From: Acidobacteriota bacterium
Lineage (GTDB): Bacteria; Acidobacteriota; UBA6911; RPQK01; JAJDTT01
Assembly: GCA_965263035.1 (NCBI GenBank)
Contig: OZ253580.1
Coordinates: 3,648,001-3,712,000 of the forward strand
Direction of reading: 5' to 3'
Length of the DNA stretch: 64,000 nt
The notes below the pieces were generated by a model. It did no database searches. It saw only the letters and a program-made list of their open reading frames with translations, and was not told the DNA's origin. Made by a program: the position numbers and the translations under genes. Shown here one piece after another: positions 45,940-54,298 of this stretch. Position 1 is the stretch's first letter. Each line of letters begins with the position of its first letter.

Positions 45940-47460
45940 TTACGCCCAGGCCGCTCGCTTCCCGAACTCCGGACACAACACCTCTCCCCGCAGAGCCGCA
46001 AGCATGATCTTTTTGAGATTGTGCGCCACGCAGACCAAGGAGAACTCCCCGGCCACTTTCTCCTTGCCCCGCAGCCCGAATCCCCGAAATCCCGAGTTCT
46101 TGATCTGCCCGAATACCGGCTCGACGATGGTCTTGCGACGCGCGTAGAGCGCTCGGCTCTCCGGTTTCGACATCCGCTCGTTCATCGCCCGTCGCAACGG
46201 CTCCTTCCCGTCGCTCGTGATCGTGCGCGCCGCCCCTGACTTCGACCGGCAGCACCGACGATAGTAGGCACAGGATCGGCACTCCTCGATGTCCCCCTGA
46301 TACACCCGCTGTCCCGTGCCGCGGGGGGTCTTCGACCTCAGCAGTTGGCCGCCGGGACAATGAAACCCGTCCCGCTCCCCGTCGTAACGAAAGTCCGCTT
46401 TCACCAGGCGACGCTCACTCTCCTCCAGCTCTCCCTTCCCCCGCTTCTCGCCCCGGTCCGTCGCCACGTACGCTTCCACCTGACGATCGGACACCTCCTG
46501 CAGGTTCTTTCCCGAATAGTAGCCGTGGTCCAGGCTCAGCTTCTCCGGCAACCGACCGCTCGTCTCCTCCATCTCATCCAGCGCCCGAGCCACCTCCTGG
46601 GCATCGTTCGCCTGTTGGCTCACGTGCTGACCCACGATCACCTGCGATGTCTCCTCCACGCTGATCTGCGCGTTGTACGCGTACTCGAACCCCCCTTTTT
46701 GCTTCATGATCCGCGCCTCGGGGTCCGCAAAGCTGAGCTGCTTCTTGTCCTCGATCTCCCGACCCGGTCGAAGCTCCGCCTCCCGCGCTTCCAGCGACTG
46801 TTTCGTCTCCCGGATCTTCTGCAACCGCTGCTGCTTGTCGCGCAGTTCCTCCGGCAACTCATACCCGGTCCGCTCCGCGTAGGCTCGATCCTCTTGCTCG
46901 TCGCAGCGATCGGCCTGTCGGGTCAAGGCCTCGATCTCCTCGCACAACTCCTTCTCCTTCTCCTTCTCCTTCAGTCGTCCGTAACTCATCGCCTTGTGCT
47001 TCGAGCTGTTCGCCTTGAACTTGGACCCGTCCAGGCTCACGTGGCCCAAACTCACCAGCCCCAGCCCCAGCCCCAGCGCCAACTGCACCGTCTGCTTGAA
47101 ACAGGACCGGAAGAACTCCCCGCGGTCCTTCCGGAAATCGCTCAACACCCGGAAGTTCGGGCAGTTCCTCCCCGCCAGGTACATGAAGCCGAGATCTTCC
47201 CGGCAGCGCTGCTCGATCTGTCGCGAGCTGAACACGCCGTGACTGCAGGCGTAGATCAGGATCGAAACGATCTGGCGCGGCGCGTAGGCCCGCTGACCCC
47301 GGTGGCTGTACCGGGCCTTCACTTCCGTCGTGTCCAGCTGCCGAAACAGATCCCGGTAGAGGAAACACTCGTGATCCTCCGGCAACAAGTCGAATACGTT
47401 AGCTGGAAACAGCTGACTCTGGTAGTAATCTTTCGGGTAGGCTTTGAAGCGAGGGGGCAT
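45940..47460 (-). CDS. IS1182-family transposase
   Basis: SSRQIE, LDGSKFKAN, DPEARIM, YNAQ, LDHGY, RRKTIVEPVFGQIK. Confidence 0.92.
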   Translation of the reverse strand: MPPRFKAYPKDYYQSQLFPANVFDLLPEDHECFLYRDLFRQLDTTEVKARYSHRGQRAYAPRQIVSILIYACSHGVFSSRQIEQRCREDLGFMYLAGRNCPNFRVLSDFRKDRGEFFRSCFKQTVQLALGLGLGLVSLGHVSLDGSKFKANSSKHKAMSYGRLKEKEKEKELCEEIEALTRQADRCDEQEDRAYAERTGYELPEELRDKQQRLQKIRETKQSLEAREAELRPGREIEDKKQLSFADPEARIMKQKGGFEYAYNAQISVEETSQVIVGQHVSQQANDAQEVARALDEMEETSGRLPEKLSLDHGYYSGKNLQEVSDRQVEAYVATDRGEKRGKGELEESERRLVKADFRYDGERDGFHCPGGQLLRSKTPRGTGQRVYQGDIEECRSCAYYRRCCRSKSGAARTITSDGKEPLRRAMNERMSKPESRALYARRKTIVEPVFGQIKNSGFRGFGLRGKEKVAGEFSLVCVAHNLKKIMLAALRGEVLCPEFGKRAAWA

Positions 47461-47848
47461 CCGACACTCTCCTGATGATCTGTTCCCCTTATTTTAGGGA
47501 GTATCCATGTTGCAAGTGGTGGGTGCTAATCGGTGTTTCCATCCCGTGTCGTTAGTACGTGATCTGTCCGGTCCAAAGGGCACAGGGTTAGGAGGAGCGT
47601 TCTTCCGCCAGAGGTGAGGCGGAGATCGAGCTGGATCCAGCGGGCGCCGTGCAGGGGGCGATGAGTGGACGGATCAACTGGATCGAGGGGCCTGAGATCG
47701 TCGACGTCAGTCCTCCGGGAGGTCCGGATACGCCGTGAAGAGCTTTCATGGCCGTAAGCAAGCTTCCGGCCAGACCTGACCGGAAGTTCGACAGACGGCC
47801 ATCAGGGGGTCCACACGCTCCCTTTCCTCACGGGGTCTCTCCGTGGCC

Positions 47849-48796
47849 TCAGAAGGTCGCTCGGGGCGCTACGGGCAACCAGGTGCGGTCCTGCCGGACG
47901 AGGGTGTTGGCCAGGACGATGAGCTTGCGCATGACGGCGACGAGGGCCACCTTGCCGGGCTTGCCGCGCTCTCTCAGCCTCCGGTACACCTCGGCCAAGT
48001 CGGGGTTCCAGCGCAGGGCGGCCACCGCCGGCATGTACAGGAGCCGTCGCGCCCGCGCCCGTCCGCCCCGGATGAAGGCCCGGCCCTGCCAAGTCCCGGA
48101 CTCGCGGGGAACGGCCGCCAGCCCGGCCAGACTGGCGGCGGCCTTGCCGCTGAGGGCGCCCAGCTCGGGCATCTCGGCCAGCAGACCGGCGGCGGTGGTG
48201 GCCGCGATCCCGGGAATGGAGGTGAGGATCTCCAACTTGCGGGCCCGCGCCTCGTCGGCCGCAATCAGCTGCTGCATTTTGCGGTCGATGGCGCGCAGGT
48301 GGCGCTCGAACAAGTTGATCCGGGTCTGGTTCTGCTGTTTGAGCAAGGGTTCGCGGAGCTGTTGGCGGCGGTTGAGCAGGGCCGTGCGCTGGCGGATCAG
48401 CGCGTCCCGGGCCGTCTGCAGATCCTGGAGCCGGCGTTGCGTTTTGGACGGGGCCGGGGTCCGGCGCGGATCCAGGCTGGCGGCCAGTTGGGCCAGTTTC
48501 CGAGCGTCTACGGCGTCGGTCTTGGCGCGGCTCCCGGTCGCCCGGGCGAAACATCGGGCCTGCCAGGGGTTCACCTTGGCCAACGGCAGCTTCGCTTTGG
48601 ACAGCGCCTCCTCGAGGTCCCGGTGGTAGGGGCCGGTGGCCTCGTAGGCGACGCACTCGACCGGAGTTCCGATCCAATCGATCAGCGCCCGGAAGCCGGC
48701 CGGGTCATTGTCGAACTGGGCGGAATGGCCGTCGGCCAGCCGGTGCGCGTCCAGGTGAGCTTTCGAGATGTCGATGCCTACGGTATGCTGTTTCAT
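47849..48796 (-). CDS. IS110 DEDD recombinase
   Basis: GIDISK, YEATG, KTDAVDA, SIPGI, RESG, ALVAVMRKL. Confidence 0.94.
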   Translation of the reverse strand: MKQHTVGIDISKAHLDAHRLADGHSAQFDNDPAGFRALIDWIGTPVECVAYEATGPYHRDLEEALSKAKLPLAKVNPWQARCFARATGSRAKTDAVDARKLAQLAASLDPRRTPAPSKTQRRLQDLQTARDALIRQRTALLNRRQQLREPLLKQQNQTRINLFERHLRAIDRKMQQLIAADEARARKLEILTSIPGIAATTAAGLLAEMPELGALSGKAAASLAGLAAVPRESGTWQGRAFIRGGRARARRLLYMPAVAALRWNPDLAEVYRRLRERGKPGKVALVAVMRKLIVLANTLVRQDRTWLPVAPRATF

Positions 48797-48965
48797 CTTT
48801 CCTGTCTCCTGTGCTTGTCATTCGGGCCTTGATGCCCTCGTATCCATTCAGGACATCGGGAAAGACGGTGGCCGACCTCACTCCCAAACGGTTCCTAACA
48901 GTCCGCGTCGGTACGGTCCAGCCACCGCCGTCCGGGTCGCTCATGAGCGACCCGGACGGGCCTAT
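48797..48965 (-). ncRNA. Predicted IS110 bridge RNA
   Basis: 5' hairpin CCGTCCGGGTCGCTCATGAGCGACCCGGACGG followed by guide-like segments matching both target and donor flanks. Confidence 0.75.
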
Positions 48966-49014
48966 TTAAACAGACAAGCGTCGGTGACAGTCCTGTTCTC
49001 GGACAGGCTCCTAG

Positions 49015-49370
49015 GACAGCAAGAGCCGTTTGGGCAAGGACTTCGTCACAATGACACTCCGTCACTCCGCGGCGCTCGGAATAGGCATCCTGAACGAATT
49101 CAAGCGCAGCTCTCTGGGCCCGGTCTGTACATGTGGCTCACCTATCGACCTTCGCCTTGAAGAAACCAGTGCAGCTCCGCTGGCGCAACCTCTCTCGGCA
49201 GTTTGGGGTTAATCTGGGCCAAGAGAGCAGAAAACGCGCTGTGGATAATTTCCTTGCGAAGTGTCTCCGGGAGCCTAAGGAGATCAAGGAAGCTTGACCG
49301 GAGCAACACTACGGAATCGCCCGAGGTGTGTTGCTGCTGGTTCCCTTAAAGCCCACCGTGCTACCCAAAC
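49015..49370 (+). pseudogene. Degraded plasmid RepA-like C-terminal region
   Basis: Frameshifted fragments DSKSRLGKDF...FKRSSLG / LYMWLTYR / FALKKPVQLRWRNLSRQFG...VDNF..CLRE..IKEA*PE; family assignment from memory. Confidence 0.55.
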
Positions 49371-49486
49371 CCTTTACGCTTCTTACGTAGTCGGATCTCG
49401 ATCCGGTGTCCTCTTGATCGTTCACGCTAACCACAGGCGAGGCGGATTTTCGCGCAGATACGGCCGGACTCTCTTGCCAGGAGAAG

Positions 49487-49571
49487 TGCGAAAGGGGGGA
49501 CTCGAACCCCCACGGGGAGTAACCCCACCAGATCCTAAATCTGGCGCGTCTGCCAATTCCGCCACTTTCGC
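49487..49571 (-). tRNA. tRNA-Leu (TAG)
   Basis: GCGAAAG acceptor stem, D-loop GGAATTGGCAGAC, anticodon loop TTTAGGA, long variable arm, GTTCGAG. Confidence 0.95.
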
Positions 49572-49666
49572 TGAAAAAATCATTCTAACGCAAGCGCACG
49601 ATCAACAAGGGATACTATCTGCTGTGAGCGGAACGCCGTGTGATATTCTCCACTTCTCGGTCGTGG

Positions 49667-49743
49667 CGGGGCATGGCGCAGTCTGGTAGCGCGCCTGCTT
49701 TGGGAGCAGGAAGTCGGGGGTTCAAATCCCTCTGCCCCGACCA
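49667..49743 (+). tRNA. tRNA-Pro (TGG)
   Basis: CGGGGCA...anticodon loop TTTGGGA...GTTCAAATC...TGCCCCGACCA. Confidence 0.96.
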
Positions 49744-49831
49744 TTATTCCGGAGTCGGACATCCAACGGCCTGACCTCATCGGCGTGCCGGCCGCGCGTA
49801 TCTCGGGTGACATCGTCGTAATAAGAAAATC

Positions 49832-51310
49832 GTGAGACCTGCTTCGTTCCTGTGCTGCCTGTCTCTTCTCCCCCTCTGGGCGCCGCCGGCGACTCTGGCC
49901 CTTGGGAAAGGGATGCCGGAACCGCCAGGAGAGCCTCGACTCGTCCATATCGGTCAACGGGTCGGAGCCTGGGGCCGCATGGGTGGCCTCTTTCTCCACG
50001 ACGATCACTTGGTCGCCCGGTCGCAGGGCCTGGGGCGTGTCATGGGAAAGGTCAGGAAGCATCCCGGCAACCCGATCCTCGCGGCCGATCGTCCCTGGGA
50101 GGCCGGTTCCGTCGGGTATGCCTGCGTCATCTACGACGGCGAGGAGAAGCTCTACAAGATGTGGTACGAGTCCCGCCTCAACCCGGGGCGGCTCAGCGGT
50201 CCCAACCTGGAGCAGGGGCGCTGCCTGTACGCCACTTCCGGAGATGGACTGGCCTGGGAAAAGCCGATCCTCGGAATCGTCGAAAGCCACGGTTCCCGGG
50301 AGAACAACATCGTCTTCGCCGGTCCGGAAGGGGCTCGCAACAAGGTCTACTGGGTCATCAAGGATCGAGCCGACCCGGATCCGGCCAGACGCTACAAGAT
50401 GATGTTTCATCTCTGGGACTTTCGGGGCCGCGGCGTGGGCATCGCCTACTCGGCGGACGGTCTGCATTGGAAGACGGACGCCCGGGTGAACCTCCACGGG
50501 GGCTTCGACACCCACAACATCTTTTTCTGGGATGACCGGGTGGGACAATACGTGGGCTACTTCCGCACCCGTATGCTGGGACGGCGCTTCATCGCCCGCG
50601 CCACGAGTCCCGATGCCTTCCACTGGTCTCATCCGGTGAGCGTGCATGGTCCCGACCAGGGCGATCCCCGGGACTTCGACCTCTATACCCCGGGCGTCTT
50701 CAAATACAGCCGCGCCGCGGACACTTACGTCCTCTACTCCGCGGCCTTCGATCGGGCAGCCGATCGACTCTTCGGTCAGCTGGCCGTCAGCCGGGATGGA
50801 ATCGACTGGCATCGGTTTCGTGCTCCTTTCCTTCCCCTGGGTTCGGAGGGGGAGTGGGACGCCGGCTCGATTTATCCCGCACCCTCCCAGGTCTCCGTCG
50901 GGGGCGACAGCGCCATCTACTACCGGGGCGATCATGTCGGTCACGGATCCGGAGGCCGGCCCGGCATCGGCGTGGCGCTTCTGGACGAGGGGGGATTTGT
51001 CGCCTGGGAGGCTGAGACTCGGGGGACTCTCACCACCCATCCGCTGGCAGTCGGGGGATCACGGGAGACCCTCTACGTGAACGGGGATGCTTCCGGAGGA
51101 TCGATCCGCGCCGAGTTGCTCGATGCGGACGGGGAGGTCATTCCAGGCTTCTCGAGGCAGGAGAGCGTCCCCATCAGCGCAAGAGGCTCGCGGCTTTTGG
51201 TCCGGTGGAAGGGAAAGTCCGGCCTGGGCGACGCCGTGCTGCAACCTTTTCGCCTCAAGCTGTATCTGGAACGGGCGCGAGTCTACGGCCTCGGTTGTGC
51301 CCGGCCTTGA
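49832..51310 (+). CDS. Secreted beta-propeller glycoside hydrolase-like protein (GH32/43/130 clan-like)
   Basis: Signal peptide; KHPGNPIL, YKMWY, repeated SxDGxxW boxes (SGDGLAW, SADGLHW, SRDGIDW). Confidence 0.65.
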   Translation: MRPASFLCCLSLLPLWAPPATLALGKGMPEPPGEPRLVHIGQRVGAWGRMGGLFLHDDHLVARSQGLGRVMGKVRKHPGNPILAADRPWEAGSVGYACVIYDGEEKLYKMWYESRLNPGRLSGPNLEQGRCLYATSGDGLAWEKPILGIVESHGSRENNIVFAGPEGARNKVYWVIKDRADPDPARRYKMMFHLWDFRGRGVGIAYSADGLHWKTDARVNLHGGFDTHNIFFWDDRVGQYVGYFRTRMLGRRFIARATSPDAFHWSHPVSVHGPDQGDPRDFDLYTPGVFKYSRAADTYVLYSAAFDRAADRLFGQLAVSRDGIDWHRFRAPFLPLGSEGEWDAGSIYPAPSQVSVGGDSAIYYRGDHVGHGSGGRPGIGVALLDEGGFVAWEAETRGTLTTHPLAVGGSRETLYVNGDASGGSIRAELLDADGEVIPGFSRQESVPISARGSRLLVRWKGKSGLGDAVLQPFRLKLYLERARVYGLGCARP

Positions 51311-51396
51311 CCGGTCGATAATGTAGGCTGGCCGGAGATAAGGAACGGGAACCGATTGCGGGCGGCTGTCGGAAACAGAACTCGGGAGAGGGCGCT

Positions 51397-52191
51397 TTGA
51401 ACGTCGATCTCAAGAATCAGGTGGCCTTGGTCACCGGAGGGGCCAAGGGCATCGGGAAGGCCATTTCCACGCTTCTGGCAACCAACGGCGCTCGCGTGGC
51501 CATCGTGGATATCGATCTGGATGCGGCTGAAAAAACGGCGGCCGGAATCCGGGAATCCGGAGGAGAGGTGTTGGCCATCGAAGGGGACGTGAGCCGCTCC
51601 GGGCAGATGGAGCCGGCCGTCGAGCGGATCGCGGAGGAATGGGGGAAGCTCTCGATTCTGGTCAACAACGCGGGAATCAACACCCTCGGAGGCCGGGTGC
51701 CTATTCATGAGTTCCGGGAAGAAGACTGGAGCCGGATCCTGGAGGTGGACTTGACCGGCGTCTACGTCGTCAGCAAGGCTGCGGTCCCCGCCCTGCTCCG
51801 CAACCGCGGGGGGCGGATCGTGAACATCTCGTCCGTCGCCGGTCTGGTCCCGTTGCGCCTGCAGAGCGCTTTCGTCGCGGCCAAGGCGGGCGTGGTCAAT
51901 CTGACCCGCTCCATGGCACTGGAGCTGGGTTCTCAGGGTATTCTGGTCAACGCGGTGGCGCCCGGTTCCACCCTGACCCGGGGAACGAAGAAGCTCTTCT
52001 ACGCCGACGACGGCGTCTACACGGAAAACGCCGCAAGCTTGCTGTCCCATATTCCTCTGGGCCGGCCGGCTGAAACCCGGGAAATCGCCTATTCGGTGCT
52101 CTTCCTGGTTTCGCCGGAAGCGAGCTATATCAATGGAGCGGTCCTGACGGTCGATGGGGGATGGACCGCCGGATATACTCGAGACTGGTAG
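51397..52191 (+). CDS. Short-chain dehydrogenase/reductase
   Basis: TGGAKGIG, NNAG, NISS, FVAAK (Phe at the usual catalytic Tyr), VDGG. Confidence 0.93.
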   Translation: MNVDLKNQVALVTGGAKGIGKAISTLLATNGARVAIVDIDLDAAEKTAAGIRESGGEVLAIEGDVSRSGQMEPAVERIAEEWGKLSILVNNAGINTLGGRVPIHEFREEDWSRILEVDLTGVYVVSKAAVPALLRNRGGRIVNISSVAGLVPLRLQSAFVAAKAGVVNLTRSMALELGSQGILVNAVAPGSTLTRGTKKLFYADDGVYTENAASLLSHIPLGRPAETREIAYSVLFLVSPEASYINGAVLTVDGGWTAGYTRDW

Positions 52192-52219
52192 CTGCCCAGC
52201 AGAAACGGAGATGTGACAG

Positions 52220-52636
52220 ATGGCCAAGATCACCGAGTTTCAGGGATATCAGGGGGAGCCGCCGATTCCGAAGCCGGACGCGTTGGTAGAACCCAATATC
52301 GTTACCGTGCAGGACGGCGTTCCCGTCAAGTACCCGGGGTGCGAGGGAATAGGGGTCCGCGTGGTGCATCCCTCCAATCCCAGGGCCCCGGCCGAGAACC
52401 TGGGAATGGTCATGTTCTTCGTCCCGCCCCACGTGGTCCTGGGAGTGGGCAGCCACCATACCGAGGAATGCTACGTCATCCTGAAGGGGCGGGGGACCAT
52501 GACGCTGGCCGGGAAACAGGTCCCGGTGAGCGCGGGGACCTTCATCCATCTGCCGCCCTGGTGCGAGCATGGAGTCGAGAACACGGGAGATGAGACCATG
52601 GAGATTCTCATCTGCACTTCTCCTCCCAATCCCTAG
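52220..52636 (+). CDS. Cupin domain protein
   Basis: SHHTEECYVILKGRG, PPWCEHGVEN; the stop TAG is the MITE target. Confidence 0.88.
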   Translation: MAKITEFQGYQGEPPIPKPDALVEPNIVTVQDGVPVKYPGCEGIGVRVVHPSNPRAPAENLGMVMFFVPPHVVLGVGSHHTEECYVILKGRGTMTLAGKQVPVSAGTFIHLPPWCEHGVENTGDETMEILICTSPPNP

Positions 52637-52795
52637 GAGTCTGCGCGGTAGAAATGATCGTAGCGAGAAAGTGGGGAATCGAGGCCAGATTTTCTCGATT
52701 TTGAGGTGCATAGTTGTTCTATTCGCCGAGAAATCGGGGAAATATGGACCGATTCTACCGCTTTCGCAGTAGATTAATTTCTGCGGCGCAGGCTC
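52637..52795 (-). mobile_element. 159-bp MITE, copy 3 (inverted), perfect CTAG TSD
   Basis: CTAG at 52633-52636 and 52796-52799. Confidence 0.92.
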
Positions 52796-52825
52796 CTAGA
52801 CCTTGAGACTACTCTTGGAGGAATT

Positions 52826-53236
52826 ATGAAAGTTCTGGAACATGTGGCAATCGTGGCGGACGATCCCGAGAGCTTGGCGGACTGGTACTGTCAGACCCTT
52901 GGATTCGAGCTCTTGTCCAAAGGGACCGTCGTGCTTGGGGACACGGAGATCTCCTATCACTTTCTGGGCCTGTCGGGTGGGGCCCTGCTCGAGATCCTGA
53001 ATTCCAACGGGAAGGAACGGACCCGGAAGGAGGACGACGACGCCGGGATTCGACACATCGCGTTCCTGGTGGAGGATATGGACGCCTCCTGCCGGTCCTT
53101 GCAGGAGAAGGGGATCGAAGTCGGCCCAACGCGGGAGCTCCCGAACGGGACGAAGCTGGTGTTCTTCCGGGACCCGGAGGACAACATCCTCCAACTGGTC
53201 TTTCGGACCGCGCCCGTACGGCCCTGGCTGTCGTGA
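52826..53236 (+). CDS. VOC/glyoxalase family protein
   Basis: LEHVAI, WY..LGF, LEI, HIAFLVED, FFRDPEDNILQL. Confidence 0.9.
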   Translation: MKVLEHVAIVADDPESLADWYCQTLGFELLSKGTVVLGDTEISYHFLGLSGGALLEILNSNGKERTRKEDDDAGIRHIAFLVEDMDASCRSLQEKGIEVGPTRELPNGTKLVFFRDPEDNILQLVFRTAPVRPWLS

Positions 53237-54298
53237 AGAAGCCCGTCAGGGAACGAGAAACCGCCCTCGCGCGTTCGCCGGCGAGCCGGTTTCAGCGTCC
53301 GGTCCAGGAACGGTAGGCGGCCAGTCCGACCAGAGCGTTGCAGGTGGTGTTGAGCCGCAGATCCAAAGGCTGATCAGGATCTCCTCCTCCCACCGCGTCG
53401 CCCCACCACTGTCCGTCCGGCTGTTGGCTGCGAATCAGATACGCGGCAATCCGACGGGCAGCGTGCCGGTAGCGATCCTCGGGCGACACCTGGTACAGAT
53501 CGGTGAGGCCCCAGAGGAATTTGTGGGATTCTACGCAGTCGTAGATGCCTTCTCTCCCGGTGAGAACGGCGTCCGTGTACTTCCGGGCCGCCTCCAGATA
53601 CCGGTTCTCTTGGGTCAGTCGAAAGAGCCGCACCAACAGCACCTGGACCGGCCCCAGGCGGGCCGGTCGCTGTTTGAGCCCGTCGCGGTCTACGAAGTCC
53701 CTGCTGGTCCGTTCCAGGAGCAGCTCCTGGGTGCCGTCCACCCGGCGGTTTGCTGCCAGGTAGATTCCTTCCTCCGGGTGGGGCTGAAGCTTCAGCAGTT
53801 CGATGAGAAAATCACCCGCGCTCCGAGCGGCGGCAACGTGGCGGGTTGACAGAAGGCCGAGACCGGAAAATCCGGCTGTCATGGCGTGTTGGACGCCCTC
53901 CCCCTCGCTGAGGTCCGCCGCCCTGTCCAGGAAACCCCCATTCTCCCCGTCCTGATAGGCGAGGATGTCCTCGGCGAGCGGGAAGGCGATGTCGTACCGG
54001 CCGCAGATCCCGGCGCCCCAGACCATCCAGCCTCGATCGTAGGTGTTGGTGGACCGGGACGCCTCCTGCTCCGGCGGGATCGACAACTCGCCGCGGTCTC
54101 CCAGGAATCGAGAGGCAAACCAGTCGAGACAGGAGAATGCCGCGTCGAAGGCGCCGTTGACGGCCAGACTGCCGGGAACCTTGTAGTAAAGCGAAGCTTG
54201 ATCGGATCCCTGGATGCTTCCCCGCTCGTCCATCAGGGATCGGAGCCAGCGGCATGCCGATTTCAGGCTCCGGGACAACTCCTGATCGGTGGAACTAG

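Larger units (their letters stand above)
47500..48978 (-). mobile_element. IS110-family element inserted in the IS1182 left end, CT core at both junctions
   Basis: Minus-strand junctions ACCGACG-CT-TGTC (48973-48985) and ATGGATA-CT-CCC (47497-47508); no TIRs. Confidence 0.85.
45748..49010 (-). mobile_element. IS1182-family element with CTAG TSD, carrying a nested IS110
   Basis: IRs GAGGCTGTCCGAGAA and TTCTCGGACAGGCTC; CTAG at 45744-45747 and 49011-49014. Confidence 0.9.

Noticed and set aside
46950-47080. Short tandem repeats (KEKEKEKE, LGLGLGL) in the IS1182 transposase as phase-variation tracts
   Set aside because: 6-bp units keep the frame; most likely slippage without a switching effect
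47738-47740. AAG as the IS110 right boundary
   Set aside because: The donor and target guides match the junction at 47500-47501 much better
34320-49571. attL/attR duplication of the tRNA-Leu 3' end bounding the island
   Set aside because: No second copy of the tRNA 3' sequence was found by eye near the left boundary, so the island limits remain approximate
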